DNA from: a virus
Reading direction: 5' to 3' (one strand)
Length of the DNA: 64,000 nucleotides
IMG/VR virus record: IMGVR_UViG_3300032285_004900
Location: 1-64,000 of that record
In this document: piece after piece, positions 9,782-18,975 of the stretch
How the letters are laid out: every line of letters starts with the position of its first letter
Position numbering within the stretch: position 1 is the stretch's first letter
Translations under genes and position numbers: made by a program
The notes under the pieces: model-generated
What the model saw: only the letters and a program-made list of their open reading frames with translations
What the model was told of the DNA's origin: nothing
Database searches by the model: none

Positions 9782-10297
9782 ATGAAAAACATCGTAGAAT
9801 ACAACAACTACAAATCAATCTTCGAAGATGCCACACAAACAGGAGCAGAAGGTTTAGCAAATCCGACCCAACCAGCTGGTGGACCAGCAGGGGCTGAAAC
9901 AGCTCCTAAGGTATTTGGAGAGATAGATTTTTCGGTTTCTGGTGTTAATGATGATGCCATGAAACTTATTGCTGGCCTAATGGCTCAAACAGTTTTAGCC
10001 TCGGGTGAAGCTGAGAAGATATCTAAAATGGCTGAGACCGATCCTAACTCGGCAGCTTCTTATCTTCAACAAAAAATTGAAGGTATTCTTTCTGAAGTTC
10101 CTGGAACAACCCCAACTTTTATAGGTCAAATGAAGTCCCAGGGATCTAATATAGCTAAAGCTATGGTTCAGGCTATTCCTGGATTGCTTGGTAATTTAAC
10201 TGACAAGCACATTGATATGGCAAAAGAATTGAAACCTGATCCTAGCAAAACGAGCTTCCTAACCAATCTAGCTGGATTTTTTCAGCCTCATAATTAA
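9782..10297 (+). CDS. Hypothetical protein
   Basis: ORF on the plus-strand island 9497-10783. Confidence 0.45.
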   Translation: MKNIVEYNNYKSIFEDATQTGAEGLANPTQPAGGPAGAETAPKVFGEIDFSVSGVNDDAMKLIAGLMAQTVLASGEAEKISKMAETDPNSAASYLQQKIEGILSEVPGTTPTFIGQMKSQGSNIAKAMVQAIPGLLGNLTDKHIDMAKELKPDPSKTSFLTNLAGFFQPHN

Positions 10298-10300
10298 TCG

Positions 10301-10783
10301 ATGATTGAAGTAATAAAAAATTTAAAACCAGGACAGAGACTGCAAGCATTTATATTTGCTGCAGTTCTCTCTTCAGGTACAGCTATCTTAACTTCGTATA
10401 TGAAGACTGATGATTGTAAAGCTTTATCTGACCAGTATGAAGTTTTAATCAAGAATCACGCTGAGCTTATGAAGATTAATAATGAGCTTCTTGCGGATAA
10501 CAATTACAAACAGGAGAATCTTCTCAAAGTTAAGAACATAATAGCTGGAATCAACACTTCTCAAAAGTCAACATCAACGGAGCTTCAAGTTAAAGAATCA
10601 AACTACCCTGTTAATTCTATAGTAAAAGACACATCAATGGGTGAAGTTGCTATGGATCAACCTGCACCTAAAACGGTTTTAAAAAAAATTGAAAGAGTTA
10701 AAATTATTAGGGAAGTTCCTAAAGAGCAGAAAGTAGCAATTGATTCTGCCCTGAAAATTATAGATGCCTCTACAAAGCATTAA
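10301..10783 (+). CDS. Membrane-anchored coiled-coil protein
   Basis: N-terminal hydrophobic segment then a heptad-like region. Confidence 0.45.
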   Translation: MIEVIKNLKPGQRLQAFIFAAVLSSGTAILTSYMKTDDCKALSDQYEVLIKNHAELMKINNELLADNNYKQENLLKVKNIIAGINTSQKSTSTELQVKESNYPVNSIVKDTSMGEVAMDQPAPKTVLKKIERVKIIREVPKEQKVAIDSALKIIDASTKH

Positions 10784-11127
10784 TATCTAACCACATAAAT
10801 CTCAAGTCCTTTAGAGTCCGCTAGATCTATCATGTGTTTGGTTCCTTTGCTTTCTCCATCCCAGAAAGCTATAAGTGCATCAGCATATTCTGCCATCTCA
10901 GAGTTTCTTTTATATCCTGCCGATTTACCGTATTTATTCCACTCTGCTGGGAATTTCTTAATCCCAAATTCTCTAAGGCCTGCATAATGTTCTCCTAATC
11001 TATCTGCACCTCTAGCAGCTCCACTAACTATTTCGACATCATTCTTTCCTTCTAAAATAGAATCACATTTCTCTATTAGAAGATCTAGATCTATAAAATC
11101 TCTGCTACCTGCTATTATTACTTTCAT
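10780..11127 (-). CDS. Stand-alone SLOG/DprA-like Rossmann domain protein (DUF2493-like)
   Basis: IIAGSRD...IVSGAARGADRLGEHYA resembles the DprA/Smf/LOG (SLOG) nucleotide-binding core. It is only 115 aa. Confidence 0.5.
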   Translation of the reverse strand: MKVIIAGSRDFIDLDLLIEKCDSILEGKNDVEIVSGAARGADRLGEHYAGLREFGIKKFPAEWNKYGKSAGYKRNSEMAEYADALIAFWDGESKGTKHMIDLADSKGLEIYVVRY

Positions 11128-11774
11128 TAGATATTTTCTTGTCTGAAAATTCTACTAATCTCAGGATCTAAAGTTTCATAGTTCATATCAAATTTATTGG
11201 ACATCACCTCCAGAACACGGGGATTTACATATGGGGAGTTCCCCGGTTTTGACCACCTTCTAGATTCTAGCAACCAATTGTAAAATAAAACGTAGGCATT
11301 AGATTTTTTTATATAGAGATCTAGATCAATATCTAAATCATATTCTTCTATAATCTTCGAAGTCCTTATTTCATTATCTAACTCTAGAGATCTGCAGATT
11401 GCAATATGTTTTTCTATATCCTGAACTTCCTCTCCCTTGAGCCATCCTTCCAAAATAGATAAACTATTTGCGCATTGACTCCAAAGAGGAATCCCGTCTG
11501 CCCATTGTGTTAGATGACAATATTCATGAGCAAACAGAGCTTTAGATTCTTTATGTCCCATTGCAACTGTAAGAGTCGGTGGGGTATCCTCGAAGCATCC
11601 TCCACATCTAAATCCCATTAGCCTTATATACTTTCCTTTTCTGAGATCTAACTTGACCCCATATTTTTTACACTCAGATTTAACCATCTGAATAAATTCT
11701 TCATAGCTTTTTTTCATAAAATTTGGTTTAAGTGTACTTAAGAAGATTCTTAGCCTTGATATATTTAGGATCAA
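11127..11774 (-). CDS. HExxH metallopeptidase-like protein
   Basis: FAHEYCHLTQW (HExxH) roughly mid-protein. Confidence 0.45.
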   Translation of the reverse strand: MILNISRLRIFLSTLKPNFMKKSYEEFIQMVKSECKKYGVKLDLRKGKYIRLMGFRCGGCFEDTPPTLTVAMGHKESKALFAHEYCHLTQWADGIPLWSQCANSLSILEGWLKGEEVQDIEKHIAICRSLELDNEIRTSKIIEEYDLDIDLDLYIKKSNAYVLFYNWLLESRRWSKPGNSPYVNPRVLEVMSNKFDMNYETLDPEISRIFRQENI

Positions 11775-12114
11775 GTGGTTTTTCTAGGTTAAACGTAACT
11801 ATACTGCATCTGTGGTTTGGTCCAAAAGACCAAGTTAATTCAACTCCAAGTTCCTCCGAAAGGATATCACATAGATCCTCTATATAATAAGAAATTCTAT
11901 TAGGCAGGGATCCGTCATATGCATTTGATCCATACTCTATCACAAAAGTCTCATCATCTTCACATTCAACACTCTCAAGGATCATAGACCTGCTTGAAAG
12001 ATGTTGTCTTATCCTCTCAGTGAGGCTTTCTATCAGATCAGTTAGTAGATCGAAAGTATCAGGTCCTTCGTCGTTTTGATCAAATTCCTCCTCATATAGC
12101 TTTACGTGTTTCAT
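11728..12114 (-). CDS. Hypothetical acidic protein
   Basis: ORF. Confidence 0.4.
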   Translation of the reverse strand: MKHVKLYEEEFDQNDEGPDTFDLLTDLIESLTERIRQHLSSRSMILESVECEDDETFVIEYGSNAYDGSLPNRISYYIEDLCDILSEELGVELTWSFGPNHRCSIVTFNLEKPLDPKYIKAKNLLKYT

Positions 12115-12115
12115 G

Positions 12116-12979
12116 CTAGATATATTTCATTAATTTTCTGGCCTTATTCTGGGCTTTTAAACTCTTAATGGTATCAGTACCTGGAATAGTTTCTAGGTAT
12201 GATGAATCTATTATTTTATCTCTAAGCACATCTGGAAGTTCTGTGAAAAATTCGATAGATCCTGGGGTATTCTTAAACAGATCTATCAGGATATTCTCTA
12301 TTGTGTATATTTTAATCAGATCCTTCTTTCCTTCTAGAAAAAATTCGCTAACTGATTTTTGATAGCATTCTTTCACATATTTTTTTAGATCTGAAGTTAT
12401 CCCATTCGGCCATTTATCCTGTGCCGTTATCATAACCCTTACTTTTTCAATTATTCCTGTTACCTCAGTTATTGAGTCGTCAACTATTTTTAAAAGTTGA
12501 TCCTTAGAGCTTGTGTTATACTCAACAACAAACTCCCTAGAATTTACTGATCTTATCTCCTCCATATTCAAGAAATGATCTTTACTGGTAGCGTACCAGG
12601 TATCCACAGAATATTTGTTTTCCTCTATTTTATCCGATTGAGCAAAAACTATATGGATTGGCTGATTGTCTTGAAACCAGTCTGGACTCACTATAATTCC
12701 ATCTTTCTCCAAGTTTTTAATGAAGTCTACAAACTCCTTGCCTCGAAGAGAAACTATAAGACCGTTCATTCTATCCTCGGGATTTACCTTTCTCCACCTA
12801 GAATTATCATAGAAAGTGTCAAGACAAGATATCCTCACCATTGAATCGCTGCTATTTAAAGCATTGAGTATAGGACTTCTAGCGATCAGATTTTCTACAA
12901 CCTCATCAGTTACCACAAGTGGTCCTTCTGATGTCTCCGATTCTGATAAAAATGTGTTAAAACTGAGGATTTTCTCCAT
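12116..12979 (-). CDS. Hypothetical protein
   Basis: 287-aa ORF preceded by GGGGATATATAAAGC at 12997-13011. Confidence 0.5.
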   Translation of the reverse strand: MEKILSFNTFLSESETSEGPLVVTDEVVENLIARSPILNALNSSDSMVRISCLDTFYDNSRWRKVNPEDRMNGLIVSLRGKEFVDFIKNLEKDGIIVSPDWFQDNQPIHIVFAQSDKIEENKYSVDTWYATSKDHFLNMEEIRSVNSREFVVEYNTSSKDQLLKIVDDSITEVTGIIEKVRVMITAQDKWPNGITSDLKKYVKECYQKSVSEFFLEGKKDLIKIYTIENILIDLFKNTPGSIEFFTELPDVLRDKIIDSSYLETIPGTDTIKSLKAQNKARKLMKYI

Positions 12980-12999
12980 TTGAAAGCACTATTTGTGCT

Positions 13000-13458
13000 T
13001 TATATATCCCCCGTAGTTTCGGGTTCTTTTATCTCTGGTATAGGAGTAACCTGGGCGGTCTTCTCTACCTCTCTAGGAGATTCTTGCTTAGCTTTATGTG
13101 AAACCAGCTTTTTATAAAGGCACTCAATTTCATCCGAGCTTAGATTGCTTTTCTTACCGTTTATGTCAACAGTGCAAGCAACCACATTGCCTTCAATATA
13201 ACCTTTGGCTGAATCTATCCTATCGAAGCTTCTGGCATAGTTGCCTTCCTCGTCGAATTTTCTATTTGTGTAATAGCACGTTTGGTATGAAAGAAGCTTT
13301 TTAACAGCTTCGAAGGTGAGATTAAATTCTAATTTTCTATCTACTGCGCTCTGGTGTATTTTAAGCATTTTCTTAGCCACTTCTAAATCACTAACCTCAT
13401 TTCTATCTTTTGTAGGCTCGCTCTTTTTCGGACTCTTCTTAGGGTTCTTTTTCTGCAT
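13000..13458 (-). CDS. HNH_3-like (degenerate) homing-endonuclease-related protein
   Basis: SFDRIDSAKGYIEGNVV resembles the DHID...GN core of phage HNH_3 endonucleases, with His replaced by Arg. The N-terminus is basic. Confidence 0.35.
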   Translation of the reverse strand: MQKKNPKKSPKKSEPTKDRNEVSDLEVAKKMLKIHQSAVDRKLEFNLTFEAVKKLLSYQTCYYTNRKFDEEGNYARSFDRIDSAKGYIEGNVVACTVDINGKKSNLSSDEIECLYKKLVSHKAKQESPREVEKTAQVTPIPEIKEPETTGDI

Positions 13459-13504
13459 ATTTAATTTATTATCATTATACTAAATGATTCCATGTTTATT
13501 TCGA

Positions 13505-14185
13505 TTAAGCAAAATCTATATCCTCTATTTCTCCGCCTTCATATCCTGCTAAATCTGATCCGAAGAAAGATGCATCAATAATGTATTTTTGATTGTCAGT
13601 AGTTTCATAGCTGTCGTATGCTATTTGTACGGGTTCATCGTATTCTCTTCCACTATCATCGTTTATATAGGTAGCCTCAAATTTACCCTCAACTATTTCT
13701 TTGCCATTCCAAAATAAGCACTCTATCTCTGAGCTGTCTAATTTATTTTCTGCTATTACTTTAAGCTTATTTGGTTTTAACTGGAGGAATTCAACGGAGG
13801 GGGTTTTCATTTCTGGAAAGTAAATACCAAGTTTTATTGGATTTTTTGTTTCTTGCTCATAGCAATCAACTAATAAAAGTGGTTCATAATCATATCCGCT
13901 TTTAGATGTGAAATCCATCTTATTGATCATTTCAATATACTTAGCCTCTGCAGGTGTTAACCTAGGATACGTTTCAACTGAATATCCTGATTCTTTTAAA
14001 TGAATATTCAATTTCTTGACCTCATTAACAATTGATCCTTCCGGCTGGATTCCGAATACCTGGTCTTTAGATATATTGGGATATGCCATTTTTGCTTTAA
14101 GGAATTCGAGTATTTCTCTCCTTAGAACTAGTGAGTCTGGAATATTATCAGCCCCAAAATTTTCGAAAATTTTTAAATGCTTCAT
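13505..14185 (-). CDS. Hypothetical protein
   Basis: 226-aa ORF. A terminator and a GATATATAAAG box lie immediately upstream. Confidence 0.5.
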   Translation of the reverse strand: MKHLKIFENFGADNIPDSLVLRREILEFLKAKMAYPNISKDQVFGIQPEGSIVNEVKKLNIHLKESGYSVETYPRLTPAEAKYIEMINKMDFTSKSGYDYEPLLLVDCYEQETKNPIKLGIYFPEMKTPSVEFLQLKPNKLKVIAENKLDSSEIECLFWNGKEIVEGKFEATYINDDSGREYDEPVQIAYDSYETTDNQKYIIDASFFGSDLAGYEGGEIEDIDFA

Positions 14186-14188
14186 CTT

Positions 14189-14203
14189 CCTTTATATATC
14201 AAA
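14189..14203 (-). promoter_or_regulatory. TTTTGATATATAAAG box 4 nt upstream of the ATG of the 13505-14185 gene
   Basis: Sequence motif. Confidence 0.5.
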
Positions 14204-14238
14204 ATAAAAGGGACTGCCAAAGCAGTCCCCTATTTTAA
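14203..14238 (-). terminator. Intrinsic terminator after the T9SS cargo gene
   Basis: On the minus strand: GGGGACTGC-TTTG-GCAGTCCC followed by TTTTATTTT. Confidence 0.6.
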
Positions 14239-14252
14239 ACACCTATCCCTGA

Positions 14253-16436
14253 TTAGTTTTTTATTATCTTCTGTGTTATCGTTCCTGTTTTAGAATCTAG
14301 TTTGATTAGATATACACCTTTCTGAAGATTGCCTAAGTTATCAATCGTTATTATATTATCACCCTTCTTAATATCTAAAGATCTGTTTATTAGCATACTT
14401 CCGTTAAGTGAGAGGATTTTAATATTTGCAGATCCCTCTAAATTGCTGTTCAGATAGATTTTAAGATCTGAGATAAATGGATTTGGGTATATCGTGATCT
14501 TTTCTATGTTAAATGCTCCTTTTATCTTAAGTGGAATAATATTAGAAAAGCTTTCTTTACCATCGGTTGAAACCATCTTCATTCTGTAATAAATCGTAGA
14601 AGCTTTAATGTCGATCTCGTCATTATATGTGTATGATGTCGGTAAAGATGTAGATCCTCTTCCGGTCACAGTTCCTCTGGTGTAGAAGTGAAATCCATCC
14701 TCGCTTCTTTCTATTTCAAAATGATCGTTATTAATCTCAGATGCTGTCGTCCATTTTAAGATGGAGCTTTGATTGTTTTCCAACTGTGCCGTAAATACTG
14801 ACAGCTTAACAGGCAATGGGCCTTGCTCCTGTGTTATAGTTGCAGTCCCATCATCTGTAAATAGATTACCCATATCATTCACTGAGAATATTCTAGCTGT
14901 GTTAACTATGCTCCCTGGAGTTGCAGTTGCTCTGGCTTTAAATCTCACACTGTAGCTTTGTCCTGCTGCTATTTGTCCTCCCTGTGAATTGGTAGCACCT
15001 AATCCTATAAAGAATTTGATATATGTTCTTCCTCCTGATGTTCCAACAAAAGCCTGATCCGCATCTTGAGCATCTGTTTTAAATCCGGTAGAAACACCAG
15101 GAACGGATACAACTTCTAAAGTTCCAGGAATGTATTGAAGATTGCTTGGTAAAGTGTCTACTATTATTGAATTAATAGCTCCACCCTGTCCTTGGTTAGA
15201 TCCTGATAAAGTGTAGGTTAAAAGCTCATTAGGCTCAACATATCCATTCCCGCTAGAGTCAGATACTGATTTATCGAGAACAAGCAATGGATCTTTAACT
15301 TTAATCTTAAATGTGAATACGCTGGGGAAGTACATATCAGCTTCCGTTCCAAATTGAACGGTTACACTAGTTGCATTCGGAGCTATATTATATCCAGTTC
15401 CAACATTAACCTCGTCAATATCAATCCCCATCTGATTGCTGTAATTTGGATTTTTTGCGGTGACAAAGACTCCACCTTTAGAGATGCTCCCATTCCAGAA
15501 GTTTGTTGAAGGATTTACTGTGTTAGAAACTGTGATACCGTTTACTTTGATGAAATCCCCAGCAGGGTTAGTACTTGATGCTGATAGGTTAGCATCTCCC
15601 TCCCATGCCACTGTTCCCATTACTGCTTCATCTGCTGTGAGTGGAGAGCTTGGAACGTTAAGACCATCTAAGTTAATAGTTAGATATGAAATGTTTCCAT
15701 TATCGTATACCCTTGTAAATCCATCGAAAATTCTAACGCTGCTATACGCCTGTGAAGTGTTCTCATAAGCTACAACGATAACCCATCCGCCATATTTTCC
15801 TCCTGTGCTAGAAGTTCCTGGTGTTACTGGAAGATCTGCTATAGTATATGTTCCCTGCCCATTGCTGTTTACAAAAGCAGTAACATCGACAAATGATTGA
15901 TATGATTTTTCAGTTGTTGATATTGCATATTGATCTACATTTATAGAAGGTGCAATCGCGGTAGTATATGCTCCGGATGTGCCTTTTCTGATTTTAATTT
16001 TTCTAAGGGTGTCTGGCGAAGATGTTATAACGGTGTTGTTGATTCTTCCGCCCCAATATAATCTTGCAAATTTGATAGTATTAGATCCTGAGGGAAGGAC
16101 CAGATCAGCTGATGATGAATTGACAGTTGATGACACCCCGTCAATATCGACATATTGCATATTGCTTCCATCGTTCCCATATTGACTAAATCCTATACCT
16201 CCTGATCCGTTATTCGGATTGCTTGTTCCGTTCATCTGGGTTAGCGAGGGGGAAGAGTTGTTACCGTTTCCTGTAACTGAAGCGAGAATAGTATTCCCGA
16301 ACATTGAAGTTCCACCTTTCAGATTCTCAGAGTAAGCTAAGTTGAAAGGTCTAATTACGCTTTGAGCGTTAATGTGTTGTGTAAATGCAAATGCTAATAG
16401 TAAAAAACAAATGCACGCTTTTAATTTCCTAATCAT
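14253..16436 (-). CDS. Secreted T9SS cargo protein (signal peptide plus Por-secretion C-terminal sorting domain)
   Basis: N-terminal MIRKLKACICFLLLAFAFTQHINAQS. The body is N/S/T/G-rich and beta-type. The C-terminal ~80 aa (ITIYPNPF...GSANIKILSLNGSMLI...KGVYLIKL...) matches the Bacteroidota T9SS C-terminal-domain pattern. Confidence 0.7.
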   Translation of the reverse strand: MIRKLKACICFLLLAFAFTQHINAQSVIRPFNLAYSENLKGGTSMFGNTILASVTGNGNNSSPSLTQMNGTSNPNNGSGGIGFSQYGNDGSNMQYVDIDGVSSTVNSSSADLVLPSGSNTIKFARLYWGGRINNTVITSSPDTLRKIKIRKGTSGAYTTAIAPSINVDQYAISTTEKSYQSFVDVTAFVNSNGQGTYTIADLPVTPGTSSTGGKYGGWVIVVAYENTSQAYSSVRIFDGFTRVYDNGNISYLTINLDGLNVPSSPLTADEAVMGTVAWEGDANLSASSTNPAGDFIKVNGITVSNTVNPSTNFWNGSISKGGVFVTAKNPNYSNQMGIDIDEVNVGTGYNIAPNATSVTVQFGTEADMYFPSVFTFKIKVKDPLLVLDKSVSDSSGNGYVEPNELLTYTLSGSNQGQGGAINSIIVDTLPSNLQYIPGTLEVVSVPGVSTGFKTDAQDADQAFVGTSGGRTYIKFFIGLGATNSQGGQIAAGQSYSVRFKARATATPGSIVNTARIFSVNDMGNLFTDDGTATITQEQGPLPVKLSVFTAQLENNQSSILKWTTASEINNDHFEIERSEDGFHFYTRGTVTGRGSTSLPTSYTYNDEIDIKASTIYYRMKMVSTDGKESFSNIIPLKIKGAFNIEKITIYPNPFISDLKIYLNSNLEGSANIKILSLNGSMLINRSLDIKKGDNIITIDNLGNLQKGVYLIKLDSKTGTITQKIIKN

Positions 16437-16659
16437 TTTTAATAGGGGGTTTAAGTTAAATAAACATAGAGATAAACTCTATGGATTTTTTACGGATTGA
16501 GGATTAGGTTAGTAAAAGTAAATAAAAAACTCGGGGAAAAGAAATATTCCCTTGATCTATTTATCTTCTTTGACAGTTATGGATAAACTCCATTTTATCC
16601 AGGTGAGATCTAAATAAACATAATGCGGGATCTCGTAGTTTATTCTGATAGTTGGTAGA

Positions 16660-16684
16660 ATGTAAAAAGAGTTACACTCTTCGA
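16660..16684 (-). terminator. Weak hairpin terminator AAGAGT-GTA-ACTCTT plus TTTT downstream of the 16700 gene
   Basis: Perfect 6-bp inverted repeat followed by a T-run on the minus strand. Confidence 0.35.
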
Positions 16685-16699
16685 TTAAACTTATTCTTT

Positions 16700-16972
16700 T
16701 CATTTGTAATTTGATTTAATTCTTAATAGAAACATTAGACACCCTTTGCGGATCAGTCGAATACATTTCTTTTCTGAGAGCCATCCAGCACCTTCTGTTC
16801 TTTTCAGTAAATATTTTCTTTCAGGCGGTTGATTAAACCAAGCTTCCTCATCTCTTGAAAAATCAATGGTGGCTCTCTCGTGGCGAGCTCTGAAATAAAA
16901 ATAATATCCCATAAAATAACCTTCTGCCTGAACCGGACAGACCCCATTAGGCTTATAGATCCATCTTATCAT
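16700..16972 (-). CDS. Hypothetical protein
   Basis: ORF. Confidence 0.4.
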   Translation of the reverse strand: MIRWIYKPNGVCPVQAEGYFMGYYFYFRARHERATIDFSRDEEAWFNQPPERKYLLKRTEGAGWLSEKKCIRLIRKGCLMFLLRIKSNYK

Positions 16973-17171
16973 TTTCTTTGTATTTGGGATGCGATTTTAG
17001 CTGAGACCAATTTCTAGGCGGTCTTTCTCCCGTATATCCCATGATATCAAGCTCCTCGTGTAATTTGTCAACCCTGATCTTCCTACCCCATGCGCCAAAC
17101 ACACTGCTCCAAGGAAGAGTCTGTACATCCTCGATATTTTTTATTATCTCTGATATTCTATTTTGATCCAT
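16953..17171 (-). CDS. Hypothetical protein
   Basis: ORF overlapping its neighbours by ~20 nt, as in a compact operon. Confidence 0.35.
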   Translation of the reverse strand: MDQNRISEIIKNIEDVQTLPWSSVFGAWGRKIRVDKLHEELDIMGYTGERPPRNWSQLKSHPKYKENDKMDL

Positions 17172-17557
17172 CTTTGATCTGATGTTAATTTAAAAGATCC
17201 TATATAGCTTTTATTCCAGCTTGAAGGTTGGATTAAGGAAAGAAATAAAGACTCATCATTCCTTGAATATAGATGATATGTATCTCCTATAGAAGGGATG
17301 AAGTTATACTGAGAAGAGTAAACAATATCATTCCATTTAACCTCCTCTGTTAGTCTTTCGAATTCTTCTTTAATCTCATCAAATCTCGTTTTGAATTGAC
17401 TGTTAGCTTTGATAACCTGTGAATGCTTCCATCCTTCAACATCATCTATGCTAATTGACGGAGCACCTAAGTTACTTCCGTATGTTAGCTCTCTAGGATA
17501 ATATCCACGATCTTCGCTCCAAACAACTAAATCTGGTTTCTTTTTAGATTTCTTCAT
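17144..17557 (-). CDS. Hypothetical protein
   Basis: ORF. Confidence 0.4.
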   Translation of the reverse strand: MKKSKKKPDLVVWSEDRGYYPRELTYGSNLGAPSISIDDVEGWKHSQVIKANSQFKTRFDEIKEEFERLTEEVKWNDIVYSSQYNFIPSIGDTYHLYSRNDESLFLSLIQPSSWNKSYIGSFKLTSDQRWIKIEYQR

Positions 17558-17783
17558 CGGAATAATTATTTTGCAAAATCCAAAGATGGTTGTAACAGTT
17601 TAATATGGTTAGCTCAATTTGAAAAGCAGGACTGTGATCATCTTTATAAAGATCAAGATTAATTCTGAATTTAAAAAAAGTAATTCCATCCCTAAAGCTT
17701 CTGACAAAAGCAAAGAACTGCCCTTCCCAATAAATTCTTTTCCTCTCCGATATAGTTCCATGTGGTATAAATCCTAATCCCAT
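17544..17783 (-). CDS. Hypothetical protein
   Basis: ORF. Confidence 0.35.
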   Translation of the reverse strand: MGLGFIPHGTISERKRIYWEGQFFAFVRSFRDGITFFKFRINLDLYKDDHSPAFQIELTILNCYNHLWILQNNYSDEEI

Positions 17784-18175
17784 ATTTTTCTATTTTTTTG
17801 TTCTTCGTATTTGAAGCCTTTAATTAAGTATTTTGCTGTTGAATAGTTTGTTGCCAAAGGAACATCGTAAACATTACATAACCTCATCAGCATATGAATG
17901 TCAACCTCGTGAGGGTGTGAGAATAGAGGATCTATAAAAAATAGAACTGCATCTATCTCTCCGTCGACTAGTCTAGATGCTATTTGTGCATCTCCTCCCA
18001 TCGGTCCTGATTTTAAACACTCTACATTTTCTATACCCGCATGTAGCATATGCTTACCTGTTGTTCCTGTGGATAGAATTTTAACATCTGGCTTTTTAAA
18101 AAAATCTATTCTCTTTAAAACAAAAGCCACAATGTCGGCTTTCTTGTTATCGTGAGCTATTATTGCTATTCTCAT
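17774..18175 (-). CDS. mgsA: Methylglyoxal synthase
   Basis: RIAIIAHDNKK...STGTTG...GPMGGDAQIAS...IDAVLFFIDPL..PHEVDI..LMRLCNVYDVPLATN matches the MgsA signature along its whole length. Confidence 0.8.
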   Translation of the reverse strand: MRIAIIAHDNKKADIVAFVLKRIDFFKKPDVKILSTGTTGKHMLHAGIENVECLKSGPMGGDAQIASRLVDGEIDAVLFFIDPLFSHPHEVDIHMLMRLCNVYDVPLATNYSTAKYLIKGFKYEEQKNRKIWD

Positions 18176-18676
18176 TTTTATTTAGTATTTTAATTACATC
18201 TTCAACTTTATCCCTTAGTCTTCCGCCGTATCCAAAATCTCCGTCGACCTGAATGTGTCTGTATTTAGGATATCCCATATTCTTAAATATACCGCTGAGA
18301 CCTAGATCATCTATAGCAACCCAGTCTTTAATTTTGTTATTCTTAACCCATTGGACAATTTCACATGCACGATCAAATTCCATAGATGAACTCATTTTTT
18401 TTCTACGATTGTACATGGTTGTATAATCTAGAAGATTCCATGGTGGTATTTTGTAATGCATGAATATTACCTCCATATGTTTTATGGAGTAGTGCTTTCT
18501 CCAATCTGAGCTTATCACGACTCTAGCATCAGTTTTCGTTAGGATCTCACTTAGAGCATCGCAATCTTCTTGAACCCAAGGATATGGTATCGTGGTGTGC
18601 TCATCTATCTTAACCCTGCCATCTCCCCAAGTTCCCCATGCTAAAGGACCGTCTATATCTAAGAATATTATTTTCA
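18147..18676 (-). CDS. HAD-superfamily 5'(3')-deoxyribonucleotidase-like protein (NT5C-type)
   Basis: MKIIFLDIDGPLA fits the D-x-D-G-x-L motif I of NT5C-type HAD nucleotidases. VAIDD fits motif IV. The likely start is the internal Met at 18676, not the track start at 18809. Confidence 0.5.
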
Positions 18677-18783
18677 TATCATTGATGTGAATAGGTTGTA
18701 GAAAATAAGATAAACACCAAAAGCTATTACCCCAACAACAAGTAGGAATATCAGAAAATATATTATCTCTTCTTTTAATTTTT

Positions 18784-18975
18784 TCATTTTTTGTCCCATG
18801 GTTTATCAAGTCCTGCCCAATCCTGAATTTTGATTGATTTAATCATCAGTTTCTGATATAGATTCCAGATCCCTGGAGCAATATACATTAGAGATGCTGC
18901 AAGGCATCCAAGATAAAAGAACAGATAAGACCCTGTATATCCTATTATTTTTTTCATATTAGTGTGAATCTCCAA
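18784..18975 (-). CDS. Small membrane protein
   Basis: 63-aa ORF with a hydrophobic core. Confidence 0.3.
   Translation of the reverse strand: MEIHTNMKKIIGYTGSYLFFYLGCLAASLMYIAPGIWNLYQKLMIKSIKIQDWAGLDKPWDKK

Noticed and set aside
14773-16185. Plus-strand ORFs 14773-14955, 15460-15768 and 15979-16185, and similar short opposite-strand ORFs inside long genes (e.g. 35299-35613, 38323-38577, 25317-25499)
   Set aside because: They are fully embedded antisense in long, motif-supported genes. They are typical spurious ORFs in AT-rich sequence.
16437-16699. The 263-bp non-coding stretch upstream of the T9SS cargo gene, as a possible ncRNA
   Set aside because: It contains only short inverted repeats (GAGATC-N19-GATCTC, AAGAGT-TAC-ACTCTT) that are explainable as a terminator plus promoter region. 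There is no conserved structure I can support by eye.
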